Part shown: positions 25,348 to 34,841 of the stretch, one piece after another
How positions within the stretch are numbered: the stretch's first letter is position 1
Layout: each line of letters begins with the position of its first letter
From: Clostridia bacterium
GTDB lineage: Bacteria > Bacillota > Clostridia > Oscillospirales > CAG-272
Direction of reading: 5' to 3'
Assembly: GCA_017502915.1 (NCBI GenBank)
Contig: JAFVUB010000009.1
Coordinates: 6,232 to 70,231 of the forward strand
Length of the DNA: 64,000 nt
Translations under genes and position numbers: made by a program
Notes under the pieces: model-generated
Databases searched by the model: none
What the model saw: only the letters and a program-made list of their open reading frames with translations
What the model was told of the DNA's origin: nothing

Positions 25348-27019
25348 CGCCCACCGACTCCTTCAGCTTGGTCAGGGCGATCTTGGTCTCTGCCGCCGTC
25401 TCGCCGAGAAGCGACGCGATCTCCTGAACTATTCTCATCTGCTTTTCAACCACTGAATCGGCAACCTCAAGGGTCTGCTTATTGATCCTCGATTTCTTTT
25501 CTCTGTCTGCCTCTTCCTCGGTTATATCTCTCATAATACCGATCAGCATATGAGAATCGGGGTCGTAAACGACGGTCTGCTCAACGTACTTATTATATTC
25601 GGCGAGATAGGTTCGCTGATCGCGAACGATCCTGCCGCTGTTTTTGACTCTGATGAACACCGAGGGGTCGAGTATACGAACGACCGGCTCTCCGAGAACG
25701 TCGGAAGCCGCGCGAATGTTCATTATCTTGCGAGCCGCAGTGTTGATCTGCTGGACCTCAAGGTTCTCGTTGAGAACGATAAGTCCGTTGGGCATATTTT
25801 TAACTATCGTATCCGAGAAGCTCTCCGCCTTGTCCTTTAAGAAGGGCAGACACATAGAGATCTCCGACTTGCCGTGTATTATCGCGATCGCCTTTTCGCG
25901 GCAGGAATTGTATCCGCACGTTCCGCAGTTCAGCTCGTCCGACGGCTTTGTCTTGCCCATCTGACGCAGGACCGACAGGATCTCGTGCTCGGAGGGAGTC
26001 GGGTATTTCGGCTCGATCATAGTAAAATGCTTCTTCAGCTCGCCCGGCGTAGGCTGACCGACCCCGAAATCGCGCTCTCCGGCATAGGCGGCAACCGCCA
26101 TATAGTCCTTGATCGGCGAGGTGCTGTGATATTTTTCCATGACCGGACCGCCAATGCAGCTTCCCACGCAGGCAGACATCTCGATAAAGCACTTATGTAT
26201 CTTTCCGCTTTCAATGTCCTTAAGCGCCGCGATACAGTTCTCAACTCCGTCAAGCGCGAGGTAGGTATATCCCGGCTGATCCTGCGCCATAGTCTTGAGA
26301 ACGCCTCTCGTCGTCGGGAAGAAGCGCGCGCGGCTCTCGGGGGTGTCGTCACACGATCTTTCCAGCTCAACGCCCTCTGCCTTGAGCCAGTTGGTAAGCT
26401 CCTCAAAGGTAAGAACGTCGTCGACCAAGCCCTCGTAGTGCTCCGCCTCGTCCTTCTTCGCAACGCAAGGACCGATAAAAACGGTTTTGGCGTTCGGCAT
26501 TCTCTTCTTTATGTCGGCGCAGTGAGCCTGCATGGGCGACATAACGTCGGCAAGATACTCCAGCGCCGCGGGGAAATACTTCTGAATGAGAAGGTTCACC
26601 GAATGACAGCAGGACGAGATAACTATATCTCTTTCCTCCTCAGCGAGAATCCTCTCGTATTCGGTCTTGACGATGGTCGCACCGACGGCGGTCTCCTCAA
26701 CGTCGTAAAAGCCGAGCTTTTTCAGCGCCGTTCTCATCGACTCGATGCCAACGCCCTCGTAGTTTGCGATAAACGACGGTGCCAGACTTACGACAACGGG
26801 GTCTCCGCTCTGGAGCAGTACCCTTGCCTTTTCGGTTCCGTCAACTATCTCCTTTGCATTCTGCGGGCAAACGACGAAGCAGTGTCCGCAAAGAATACAC
26901 TCGTTTCCTATGATATGCGCCTGATTTCCCGAAAAGCGGATCGCCTTTACGGGGCAGTGACGAATACATTTATAGCAGTTTTTGCAGTTTGATTTTTTCA
27001 AAGTTAAGCAATTCGGCAT
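25340..27019 (-). CDS. hydS: Putative sensory [FeFe]-hydrogenase (HydS-like: 4Fe-4S, H-domain, Cys motif and PAS)
   Basis: N-terminal CKNCYKCIRHCP and CILCGHCFVVCP. H-domain motifs deviate from catalytic ones: ISSCCHS, FIGPCVAKK and IEMSACVGSCIGGP. An extra CGTCGYNSC motif follows. The C-terminal region is PAS-like (IVKNMPNGLIVLNENLEVQQINTAARKIM...). Confidence 0.75.
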   Translation of the reverse strand: MPNCLTLKKSNCKNCYKCIRHCPVKAIRFSGNQAHIIGNECILCGHCFVVCPQNAKEIVDGTEKARVLLQSGDPVVVSLAPSFIANYEGVGIESMRTALKKLGFYDVEETAVGATIVKTEYERILAEEERDIVISSCCHSVNLLIQKYFPAALEYLADVMSPMQAHCADIKKRMPNAKTVFIGPCVAKKDEAEHYEGLVDDVLTFEELTNWLKAEGVELERSCDDTPESRARFFPTTRGVLKTMAQDQPGYTYLALDGVENCIAALKDIESGKIHKCFIEMSACVGSCIGGPVMEKYHSTSPIKDYMAVAAYAGERDFGVGQPTPGELKKHFTMIEPKYPTPSEHEILSVLRQMGKTKPSDELNCGTCGYNSCREKAIAIIHGKSEISMCLPFLKDKAESFSDTIVKNMPNGLIVLNENLEVQQINTAARKIMNIRAASDVLGEPVVRILDPSVFIRVKNSGRIVRDQRTYLAEYNKYVEQTVVYDPDSHMLIGIMRDITEEEADREKKSRINKQTLEVADSVVEKQMRIVQEIASLLGETAAETKIALTKLKESVGDE

Positions 27020-27024
27020 ATCGG

Positions 27025-27288
27025 TTATTTCCTTTCGCTTTCGATCGCGTCGAGAATTTTCTCCTTAAAAAAATCTCTGAAATTATCTCTCGTAACGCCG
27101 ACGTGTACCTCATCGTCCACCGTAACGGTGACGCCGACGCGATTGCACTTTCCGGTGCAAAAGCAGCCCGAAAGCACGATATCATCTTCTATATGATGCT
27201 CCTCTATCGCGCGCTCAAAAAGCTCAACGATCTCTTGCGAGCCCTTGAGATGGCAGGACGAGCCAACACAAATCTGAACAAACAGCAT
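27025..27288 (-). CDS. Thioredoxin-like [2Fe-2S] ferredoxin-domain protein (paralogue 2)
   Basis: Trimmed to MLFVQICVGSSCHLKGSQEIV...GCFCTGKCNRVGVTV. It shares the C-x4-C ... C-x3-C pattern with the upstream paralogue and sits 5 nt upstream of hydS. Confidence 0.65.
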   Translation of the reverse strand: MLFVQICVGSSCHLKGSQEIVELFERAIEEHHIEDDIVLSGCFCTGKCNRVGVTVTVDDEVHVGVTRDNFRDFFKEKILDAIESERK

Positions 27289-27292
27289 ATTT

Positions 27293-27535
27293 TCAGACCC
27301 TTGCCAGAACTTCTTTTGCGAAGAACTCCTCAACCGTTTCGGGAGTTACCGAATGGAAGGCGTCGTTTACCGTTACGCAAACCCCCTGCTGACAGTTTCC
27401 TATGCAAAAGGTTCCGCCAAGCTCGACCTTGTCGCCAACGTTGTTCTCCGCGATGAGCTTCTGCAGCTGCTCAACGACGCGGCGAGAGCCTTTAAGATGG
27501 CAGGAACTTCCGATGCAGATGGTGATCTTGATCAT
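27293..27535 (-). CDS. Thioredoxin-like [2Fe-2S] ferredoxin-domain protein (paralogue 1)
   Basis: The sequence is MIKITICIGSSCHLKGSRRVVEQL...GGTFCIGNCQQGVCVTV. Confidence 0.65.
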   Translation of the reverse strand: MIKITICIGSSCHLKGSRRVVEQLQKLIAENNVGDKVELGGTFCIGNCQQGVCVTVNDAFHSVTPETVEEFFAKEVLARV

Positions 27536-27588
27536 AATATTTTTACCTCACAATGTTATTTCAATTTTATCAGTTTAGATTGTTCCGC

Positions 27589-28338
27589 TTATTTATAATC
27601 GGCGGCTTCGATCCAGCGCATAAGCAGCTCTTTTTCCTCTGCTTTACCGTTCAAAAGCTGCACTGCCGAAACGAGCGGCAGCCATTTCTTTACGTACTGC
27701 TTTTCGGTATCGCTCATTTCGCAAAATGTCCTGAGATAGAGCTCCGCGCCCTCGACGTCCCCTCTCAAAAGGAAGAGCAGATAGCTTCTTGCAACGTCTG
27801 CCGAGGCGTTTCCCTGCGTCGCGTGCGACCAGTCAATGATATAGGGACGCCCGTCGTCGGTAATAATTATATTCGAGGGGGTGAAATCGCCGTGGCAAAC
27901 CTTGTTGTGCCTCGGCATACCCTCAATTCGGGTGTGCAGATCGTAGCGCGTCGTGGCGTCAAGCTCGGTGGCGGCGATCTTGAGGCTCATCTTGTCCTTC
28001 AGCTTGCTGAGAAGCGGGGAGGACTTGGCGTTGACCTCCATCTGAAGCTTAACGAGAAGGGTTATGTATTCCTCCTTCTTTTCGGGGTTTTCAGTCATCA
28101 GGCGCGAGAGGGTCTTGCCCGAGATGAACTCCGAAACGATAGCCCATTTGCCATCTACCATAGTGACGCCTACTATCTTCGGTATGTTAAGCCCCGTTTC
28201 CTCGATCCTGGCTTGATTGAGCGCCTCGTTCAGCACCTCTGCCTTGGAATACTCCTCGTTAAAGACCTTGATGCATCTGTCTCCGTCGCGATATATCGTC
28301 TTATTATTTCTGACTGCAATAACTCTGTCGAGCCTCAT
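27589..28338 (-). CDS. APH/choline-kinase-fold phosphotransferase
   Basis: The sequence CHGDFTPSNIIITDDGRPYIIDWSHA contains the Brenner motif HxDxxxxN and a DW/DF metal site. Confidence 0.7.
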   Translation of the reverse strand: MRLDRVIAVRNNKTIYRDGDRCIKVFNEEYSKAEVLNEALNQARIEETGLNIPKIVGVTMVDGKWAIVSEFISGKTLSRLMTENPEKKEEYITLLVKLQMEVNAKSSPLLSKLKDKMSLKIAATELDATTRYDLHTRIEGMPRHNKVCHGDFTPSNIIITDDGRPYIIDWSHATQGNASADVARSYLLFLLRGDVEGAELYLRTFCEMSDTEKQYVKKWLPLVSAVQLLNGKAEEKELLMRWIEAADYK

Positions 28339-28499
28339 TCTCCGTCCTCCTTGAATTGCTTTGGCAAGGAAAGCGCCGTTCGTGCCGTTTTATGCACATA
28401 TTTATTATATTGTATCACAAAAAGGCTTACAAATCAAGACGTTTGCTCAATTTACCCCCTGAATTACGGCAAAAAGGGACGCTTTTTTCAAAGCGTCCA

Positions 28500-29054
28500 C
28501 TAATTCACAGAATCGGTGCTTTTATGCTTTACGCGACGAATCGCGAGGTAGATTAAATATCCGATAACGAATCCGAGCGTGTTCAGTATCAGGTCGTCAA
28601 CGTCTGAGGACCTCTCGTAAAAAGGAAGCTGAAAAATCTCGATGAAAAGCGAGCTGAGAAAGCCGGAAAGAACGACTTTTTTATGACTGTTCAACCCCTT
28701 GAAGACGCTCGGCCAAACAATTCCCAGCGGCATGAACATCACCGTGTTTCCAACGACGTTGCGCAACGTCTCTCCGAGCGTCGGATAGTTGAGCATATTC
28801 ACGAAGGGCACGAGATTAACCCTCAGCGGCAATAGTCTTTGGGGGTCAAAAACGAGTGGTTGAACGGCACCGTTCACGCGTTCGAAGGGAAAACAGGTGA
28901 TCCTTGCAACCACAACTATACAAACGTACACCGTCAAAAGCTGCAGCTCCCGCTTTGCATTGATCCTTTTGGTCTTTATCCACACGACTCCCCGTACGGC
29001 GAGCCAGATCAGGCTTATCGTCGTCATAAGAAAAGTGCAAGAAATCTTTATCAT
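28500..29054 (-). CDS. VanZ-family membrane protein
   Basis: Motifs seen: NLVPF, GNTVMFMPLG and DVDDLILNTLGFVIGY. Confidence 0.7.
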   Translation of the reverse strand: MIKISCTFLMTTISLIWLAVRGVVWIKTKRINAKRELQLLTVYVCIVVVARITCFPFERVNGAVQPLVFDPQRLLPLRVNLVPFVNMLNYPTLGETLRNVVGNTVMFMPLGIVWPSVFKGLNSHKKVVLSGFLSSLFIEIFQLPFYERSSDVDDLILNTLGFVIGYLIYLAIRRVKHKSTDSVN

Positions 29055-29094
29055 TTTATCCTCTTTGAGTCTTTATTCTTCTTTCACCGCGGCG

Positions 29095-29919
29095 TTACAT
29101 CGTTTTGCGGTAATTATCTATGTTCTGATTCTCGTTGTAAGTAGGGTCGCCGGGGCAGATACCGTTCATCTCCTGCATTATGTGGTATGCTCTGGCACGA
29201 AGCTCCTCTGCCGCGGCGTGGGGCTTCAGGCTCTTGTCTGCGTATATCGGCTCGGCAATATGGAGATCGACGAACGGGCCTCTGCCGAATATTTTTCTAA
29301 ATCCCTTTCGGGGACGGAAGGACATCGAAATTGGGATGAGCGGCTTTTCGTATTTCACGGCATAATTGAACGCCGAGAGCTTAAGCGGTCGTATATCGGG
29401 ATAGAATTTCCACAGTGAGCCCTCGGGGAAGACGTGCATCCAGCGTTTGCTCGCGGCAACCTCGTCAAGACCGTGCTTGAACGCCGCCATCGCGTGAATA
29501 TTACCCTCGGGGATCGGCATTCCGCCGAGTATTCTCATAAACGGACTGAACCCACTCTCAAAGTTGGGCTTCCAAGCCGGAAAATAGCTTATGTGCGGAC
29601 GTATCGCCTTGAGAACGCAAAGATAGTCCCAAAGAAAAACGTGATTTGAAACGGTTATCGCGCCGTTTTTTAGCTCTTTTCTGTGCTTTCTGAGGTTTTT
29701 TCGTCCGTATATTCTGAGCCCGTGGGTCAAATGAGTCAGCGGGAACACCACGAGGTGAAGCAGTATCGCAACCAGCGCTCTTTTTATGCGAAACCACGCG
29801 CCGCGCGGCATATAGCTATAGTTTTCGTCAAGCTCGATCGGATGCGTGCGCTTCAGCTCGACCATGTGAGCGTCACTGCGCTCGGGATAGGTATAGTCAA
29901 GTTCGTGACGGTAGTACAT
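29095..29919 (-). CDS. Lysophospholipid (1-acyl-glycerol-3-phosphate-type) acyltransferase
   Basis: HX4D motif in SNHVFLWD, together with FPEGS. Confidence 0.7.
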   Translation of the reverse strand: MYYRHELDYTYPERSDAHMVELKRTHPIELDENYSYMPRGAWFRIKRALVAILLHLVVFPLTHLTHGLRIYGRKNLRKHRKELKNGAITVSNHVFLWDYLCVLKAIRPHISYFPAWKPNFESGFSPFMRILGGMPIPEGNIHAMAAFKHGLDEVAASKRWMHVFPEGSLWKFYPDIRPLKLSAFNYAVKYEKPLIPISMSFRPRKGFRKIFGRGPFVDLHIAEPIYADKSLKPHAAAEELRARAYHIMQEMNGICPGDPTYNENQNIDNYRKTM

Positions 29920-30044
29920 CTGCGGGTCTCCTTGCTATGCATTTTTCACTATGCTTTATATTGTAACACATTCCCAAAGCTTTTTCAATGGCTTTTATCG
30001 TCAAAAAAACACGCCTCGAGGACCGGACCTCGAGGCGGTTGGGT

Positions 30045-31358
30045 TTATTTCTTTCTCAAATGCTCCTTGCGGCTGCTTTCGGCAAGAATTGCCTGCGCGC
30101 TCTCTCGTGCGCTGACCTTGCCCTCGGGACGGATCTCTCCCGCCTTCTGGAGCGAGATCTTGGTGAGCAGCGGTCCGAAAAGCTCGTAAACGAGAACGGC
30201 GAAGAGCGTTATGTTTGCGACGATCGCTCCTTCAGCACCGAGTGCGCTTGCCTTCATTGCCATACCAAGCGCAACCCCCGCCTGCGGCAGAAGGGTTATT
30301 CCGAGGTAATTGACTATGTTCTTTTCACAATGCACCGCCTTGGCGCTTCCATATGCTCCGAAATATTTACCGAGCGAGCGCGAAGCTATGTATATAAGTC
30401 CGATAATTATGATCGCGAGGTCGGTAAAGACCGAAAGCTCAAGCTCGGCACCGCTGATGACGAAAAACAGTACGAAAAGGGGCGCCGCCCAGCGGTCAAC
30501 TCTTTCCATAAGCTCCTCGGAAAGGTTACAAACGTTGCAGAACACGGTTCCGAGCATCATGCAGCTGAGCAGCGGCGAGAAGGCAACGTGAATTCCGCCG
30601 ATCGGGAAGCTTATCATTGAAATAGCAACGGTGAGGAAGATAAATGCGACCGAGACCGAAAGTCTTTTTGATCTCGAATGGAAGAATCTCTCAAAGAAAT
30701 TGAAGGCAAAGCCCATGGCCGCGCCGAGCGCGATAGAGAGAACGACCTCAAGCAACGGCTCAACTATGATGGACAGTATGCTCAGCGAGCCCGAGGACTG
30801 CAAAGCTCTCGAAATACCGAAGGAAATGGCGAAAAGCACGAGTCCGACCGCGTCGTCAAGAGCAACGACCGGCAGAAGTATATCGGTCAAGGGTCCCTTT
30901 GCCTTATACTGCTTGACGACCATAAGCGTTGCAGCAGGGGCGGTCGCCGAAGCAATAGCTCCGAGGGTTATAGCTGCGGGGAGCGAGAGCTTATCTGGCA
31001 TCGCGAAGTGAACTCCGATCAGCACGGCGTCAACGATGAGGGTGGTTACCACCGCCTGAACTATTCCGATAACGGTTGCCTGACGTCCCGTCTTTTTAAG
31101 CTGAGAAAGTCTGAATTCGTTACCGATCGAAAAGGCGATAAATCCGAGGGCAACGTCCGAGATGAGCGAAAGCCCCTCAAGATCGTGCATCGTGTTAAAG
31201 CCCAGGCCCTGAACGTTCAGGCTTCCGAGCAGGTAAGGTCCGACGAGTATTCCCGCAACCAGGTAGGCGGTAACGGCGGGAAGCTTGGCAAGCTTTGCAA
31301 GGCGGGAAAGTGCAAGTCCTGCCAAGAGCACAACTGCCAAAGAAAGAAGTATCTCCAT
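30045..31358 (-). CDS. Cation:proton antiporter (CPA2/Kef-type Na+/H+ exchanger family)
   Basis: 437 aa polytopic protein. The N-terminus is MEILLSLAVVLLAGLALSRLAKLAKLPAVTAYLVAGILVGP. Confidence 0.7.
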   Translation of the reverse strand: MEILLSLAVVLLAGLALSRLAKLAKLPAVTAYLVAGILVGPYLLGSLNVQGLGFNTMHDLEGLSLISDVALGFIAFSIGNEFRLSQLKKTGRQATVIGIVQAVVTTLIVDAVLIGVHFAMPDKLSLPAAITLGAIASATAPAATLMVVKQYKAKGPLTDILLPVVALDDAVGLVLFAISFGISRALQSSGSLSILSIIVEPLLEVVLSIALGAAMGFAFNFFERFFHSRSKRLSVSVAFIFLTVAISMISFPIGGIHVAFSPLLSCMMLGTVFCNVCNLSEELMERVDRWAAPLFVLFFVISGAELELSVFTDLAIIIIGLIYIASRSLGKYFGAYGSAKAVHCEKNIVNYLGITLLPQAGVALGMAMKASALGAEGAIVANITLFAVLVYELFGPLLTKISLQKAGEIRPEGKVSARESAQAILAESSRKEHLRKK

Positions 31359-31630
31359 AGCAACTATCCTCTTTAGATTAATATTTTTCTGTTATTACTT
31401 AAAAGCACCGAGTTATTATACATCTTTCGACCGTAAATGTCAATGCAATTTTACATAATTTGATTTTTTTATCCTTTACCTCCAAAAAACGGCTCGAGAA
31501 GCGGAGTTATATTACATATTTTATTATTAATTATTGACATTGTATGCCTGTTGTGGTATCATTAATATGGGTATGGTCTGCTACATACGACCCTCTTTAA
31601 CGTGACAGAGGTCGATTCGCGAGGAGAATT

Positions 31631-33082
31631 ATGAGATCCGAAAACAAAACCGTAAAACCACAGCTTTTACCGCTTGAAGCGTCCCCCTCAAGCAGACTTT
31701 CCACGATCAGACGCTTTTGCATGAGCGCCAACTTTATGTGGCTGAACTTTCTGTGCGGTGCCGTTTTTATGCTGACCGGACACCCCGTTGCCGCAGCGGT
31801 CTTTTTCCTCGTTCTGATATCGGCACTGCTTTTTATATGCGACGACGTTTTGGCAACCACCCTGCCCTTTCTTTTGCTCTGCATCTCGGTTCTGGTCTGC
31901 TACGACTCGTTCAGCACCTTTATAAAATTCATCTGGCTCGCGCCGTTGCCGATTTCGGCACTGCTCTTTCACTTTATCCGTTACGCTCGTCCGATAACCC
32001 TTGGCGATAGCCTTTGGGGGCACGTGGGCGTTTCGATCGCCGTTATATTGGGCGGCATCGGAGCTATCGGTCTTTCAGACTATTTTTCAGGCTCGTCGCT
32101 CTACTATATCGCAATGCTTGGAGTCGGTCTGCTCGGGGCGTACGTCCTTATGAAGTCGCAGATCCGACCCCGTACCGACTACGATATTCGCGAAAAGCTG
32201 ATAACGGTCATGATCATCGCAGGAGCTTTTGCCTGTCTTGAGGTTGCGTACCTCGTCTGCCGTGTGACCTTTGAGTTCTCCTTGAGCGCCGAGCAGTTTA
32301 CCGATTATTTTTTAAGACTGCAAAGCCACAGCGAAGGCATCGCCCCCAACGCGTTACCGCTGATCGAGTGCATAATGCAGCCCTCGAACAATCTTTCGAC
32401 CTTCCTTATGATAATTCTGCCGGTTACCTTTTACCGTGCCGTCAGAAAGAACCCCGCCTACGCTCTGACCTCGCTTCTCTTTTTGGCAGGACTTTTCTTC
32501 ACTAAGTCAAGAAGCGGTCTGCTTCTCGGAGGTGTCGAGTTCGTTCTCTGTATAATCGTTTTCTCGTTGCTCATAAAGCGCCGCGCGCTTAAGTATACAT
32601 TTTTCGCCCTTGGCGTGTTAATACTTATTGCGGGCGGTATCATCGGATGTCGCATTCTGCTTGATTCGTCGGCGTCGGTCGTCGGAGAGGTGCGCTATTC
32701 GCTCCTGCTCCGATCGTTTGAGGATTTTAAGAACAACCCTCTCTTCGGTCAGGGCATCGGAAGCCGAAGCAATGCCGATCTCTACCCCGGAAAGACCGGA
32801 ACTATCCTCTGGTATCATATGATCGTACCTCAGGTCATCGGCAGTATGGGAGTTGTGGGTATCATCGGCTACGGTCTTCAGCTCTTCTTTCGAGTTCGAC
32901 TCGCCGTCAAGAAGCTGAGCGAGTATACCGTCGTCTTCTTTATGTCCTACGTCGGACTTCTTATGATGTCGCAGTTAAACCCCGGTGAGTTCTGCCCCAT
33001 TCCGTACGGGCTCATCGCCGTTCTGCTCTTCATTATGATCGAAAACGAGCCCGACCGTCGGGCAAACAAATCGCAAATATAA
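31631..33082 (+). CDS. O-antigen ligase/polymerase-like (Wzy_C) membrane protein
   Basis: 483 aa polytopic protein with FFTKSRSGLLLG and a following loop. GAGGAG RBS. A TTGACA-17-TATCAT promoter with an upstream TG lies at about 31536-31564. Confidence 0.55.
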   Translation: MRSENKTVKPQLLPLEASPSSRLSTIRRFCMSANFMWLNFLCGAVFMLTGHPVAAAVFFLVLISALLFICDDVLATTLPFLLLCISVLVCYDSFSTFIKFIWLAPLPISALLFHFIRYARPITLGDSLWGHVGVSIAVILGGIGAIGLSDYFSGSSLYYIAMLGVGLLGAYVLMKSQIRPRTDYDIREKLITVMIIAGAFACLEVAYLVCRVTFEFSLSAEQFTDYFLRLQSHSEGIAPNALPLIECIMQPSNNLSTFLMIILPVTFYRAVRKNPAYALTSLLFLAGLFFTKSRSGLLLGGVEFVLCIIVFSLLIKRRALKYTFFALGVLILIAGGIIGCRILLDSSASVVGEVRYSLLLRSFEDFKNNPLFGQGIGSRSNADLYPGKTGTILWYHMIVPQVIGSMGVVGIIGYGLQLFFRVRLAVKKLSEYTVVFFMSYVGLLMMSQLNPGEFCPIPYGLIAVLLFIMIENEPDRRANKSQI

Positions 33083-33096
33083 AAATTGGAGATATT

Positions 33097-33471
33097 ATGG
33101 CAAAGCACAGAACCGGTCGTGTTAACGACGAAGTATTGAAGGAGGTTGCCGCCGCACTGCGCGAGGTCAAGGACCCCCGCGTGGCATCGGCATTCGTCAG
33201 CGTCACCGGCGCTGAGGTCACCCCCGATTTCAAGTTCGCTAAGATATACTATTCCTCGCTCCGCGGCGACAAAAAGGAGCTTGCTAAGGGTCTTGCCTCG
33301 TCGGCAGGCTTCATTCGCCGTCATCTCGCGCAGAGCATCAACCTCCGCGTCACCCCTCAGCTGACCTTCGTTGAGGATCAGTCTATCTCTCACGGCGCGC
33401 ACATTTCAGAGCTCTTGCATCGCATTGAGTCGGAGTCGCCCGCCGAAACGGCTTACGAAGATGAAAACTGA
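33097..33471 (+). CDS. rbfA: Ribosome-binding factor A
   Basis: The sequence is RVNDEVLKEVAAALREVKDPRVASAFVSVTGAEVTPDFKFAKIYYS. Confidence 0.85.
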   Translation: MAKHRTGRVNDEVLKEVAAALREVKDPRVASAFVSVTGAEVTPDFKFAKIYYSSLRGDKKELAKGLASSAGFIRRHLAQSINLRVTPQLTFVEDQSISHGAHISELLHRIESESPAETAYEDEN

Positions 33472-34444
33472 GACGCGTGCGCTGTCCTTTTTCGAGCTTT
33501 GCGACGAGCTTGCCAAAAAGCAGGACAGTCTGATACTTTTTCACACCCGTCCGGACGCCGACGCCGTCGGCTCGGCGTTTGCTCTGAAGCTTATCATAGA
33601 AGCACTGGGCGCCAAGGCGTACTGCCTTTGTGCCGACGAGCTTCCCCGCCGTCTTCGCTTTCTGACCGATAGCTTTGACAGGCTCGACTCGGTCGGACAA
33701 ATTGATTCCTATCGCGTTATAACGGTCGACTGCGGGTCTGCCTCTCAGCTCGGCTCACTTTACGAGCACCTCAAGCCGTCGTTGGCGATAGACCACCATC
33801 GCACCTCTACCCCCTTTTGCGACGGTTACACCGACAGTGCCGCCGCCGCGACCGCCGAGATAATCTACGAGGTGTCTCAGGATCTGATCGAAAGAGGCGC
33901 GCTGACTTCGCTGCCCCGCCGTTTTTACGAATGCGTCTACGCGGCGATCAGCTCGGACACCGGCTCGTTCAGATATTCAAACACCACCCCTAACACCCAT
34001 AGGATCGCCGCCGAGATCATCGCTCGCGGCATTGATGCCGCCGATATAAACCACAGCCTTTTTGAGTCCAAAACTCTATCCGAGCTTCGCGCAAGCGCCG
34101 CCGCGACCGACCACCTGTCCACCTATATTGACGGACGCGTTGCCGTGGTTGCCTTTTCCGCCGAGCAGCTCTCAAGGCTTGAGATCGAGCGCGAGCATTA
34201 CGACGTTTTTATCGACGTTGCCCGTTCGCTCGCCGGAGCCGAGGTCGCCTTTTCGGTTCGTTGCGCGCCGGGAGACCGCTACTGCCGCGTTTCGATGAGA
34301 TCCTGCGGAGAGGTCGACGTCTCGCGCATCTGCGCCGCCTTCGGCGGCGGAGGACATATCCGCGCCGCAGGCTGCACCGTTGAGCTCGACGACGTCAACG
34401 AGGTCGTCAAAAGGGTACTTAAGGAGATCGAAAAGCAGCTATGA
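33461..34444 (+). CDS. DHH-family phosphoesterase (NrnA-like nanoRNase/pAp phosphatase)
   Basis: Trimmed to the ATG at 33461 (MKTETRALSF). Motifs: HTRPDADAVGS, DHH (AIDHHRT) and GGGHIRAAG. It overlaps the rbfA end by 11 nt. Confidence 0.75.
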   Translation: MKTETRALSFFELCDELAKKQDSLILFHTRPDADAVGSAFALKLIIEALGAKAYCLCADELPRRLRFLTDSFDRLDSVGQIDSYRVITVDCGSASQLGSLYEHLKPSLAIDHHRTSTPFCDGYTDSAAAATAEIIYEVSQDLIERGALTSLPRRFYECVYAAISSDTGSFRYSNTTPNTHRIAAEIIARGIDAADINHSLFESKTLSELRASAAATDHLSTYIDGRVAVVAFSAEQLSRLEIEREHYDVFIDVARSLAGAEVAFSVRCAPGDRYCRVSMRSCGEVDVSRICAAFGGGGHIRAAGCTVELDDVNEVVKRVLKEIEKQL

Positions 34445-34821
34445 GCAGTAATCTTTATTCGTCTGCCGCGCTGGCATATCTCGGTGACTGCGTGATCGAG
34501 GGTTGCGTTCGCGAGCATCTCGTCCGCTCGGGGATCTCACACTCGGCAGAGCTGAACGCCAAGGCGCTTGAGTTCGTTCGTGCGTCGGCACAGGCAGAGG
34601 CGGTCAAAAACATACTCCCCGTGCTGACCGACGAGGAAAACACCGTCTTTCGCAGGGGAAGAAACATAGGTCACACGAACACCCCCAAGAGCGCAACGCC
34701 GGGACAGTACCGAGCCGCGACCGGTATGGAAGCGCTGTTCGGCTACCTGCACCTTGAAAAAAGAAACGACCGTATCACCGAGCTTTTCGCTCTGGCATAC
34801 CAAGACAAAATACAAAACTAA
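34441..34821 (+). CDS. mrnC: Mini-ribonuclease 3
   Basis: Motifs seen: LAYLGDCVIEGCVREHLV, RGRN and ATGMEALFGYLHL. Confidence 0.8.
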   Translation: MSSNLYSSAALAYLGDCVIEGCVREHLVRSGISHSAELNAKALEFVRASAQAEAVKNILPVLTDEENTVFRRGRNIGHTNTPKSATPGQYRAATGMEALFGYLHLEKRNDRITELFALAYQDKIQN

Positions 34822-34841
34822 CAGCAAAGGAAGAAAAAGCA

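Noticed and set aside
33371-33460. Long N-terminal extensions offered by the ORF track. Examples: 33371 for the DHH gene, 58303 for the aminotransferase, 36626 for thiN, 45098 for yicC, 39323 for the PP2C, 11154 for the lipoprotein, 60623 for aroE/K, 6556 for the ATPase and 27333 for the second ferredoxin-like gene.
   Set aside because: In each case an internal ATG has a proper Shine-Dalgarno sequence and gives the family-typical N-terminus. The extension overlaps the upstream gene or a promoter, so I trimmed the coordinates accordingly.
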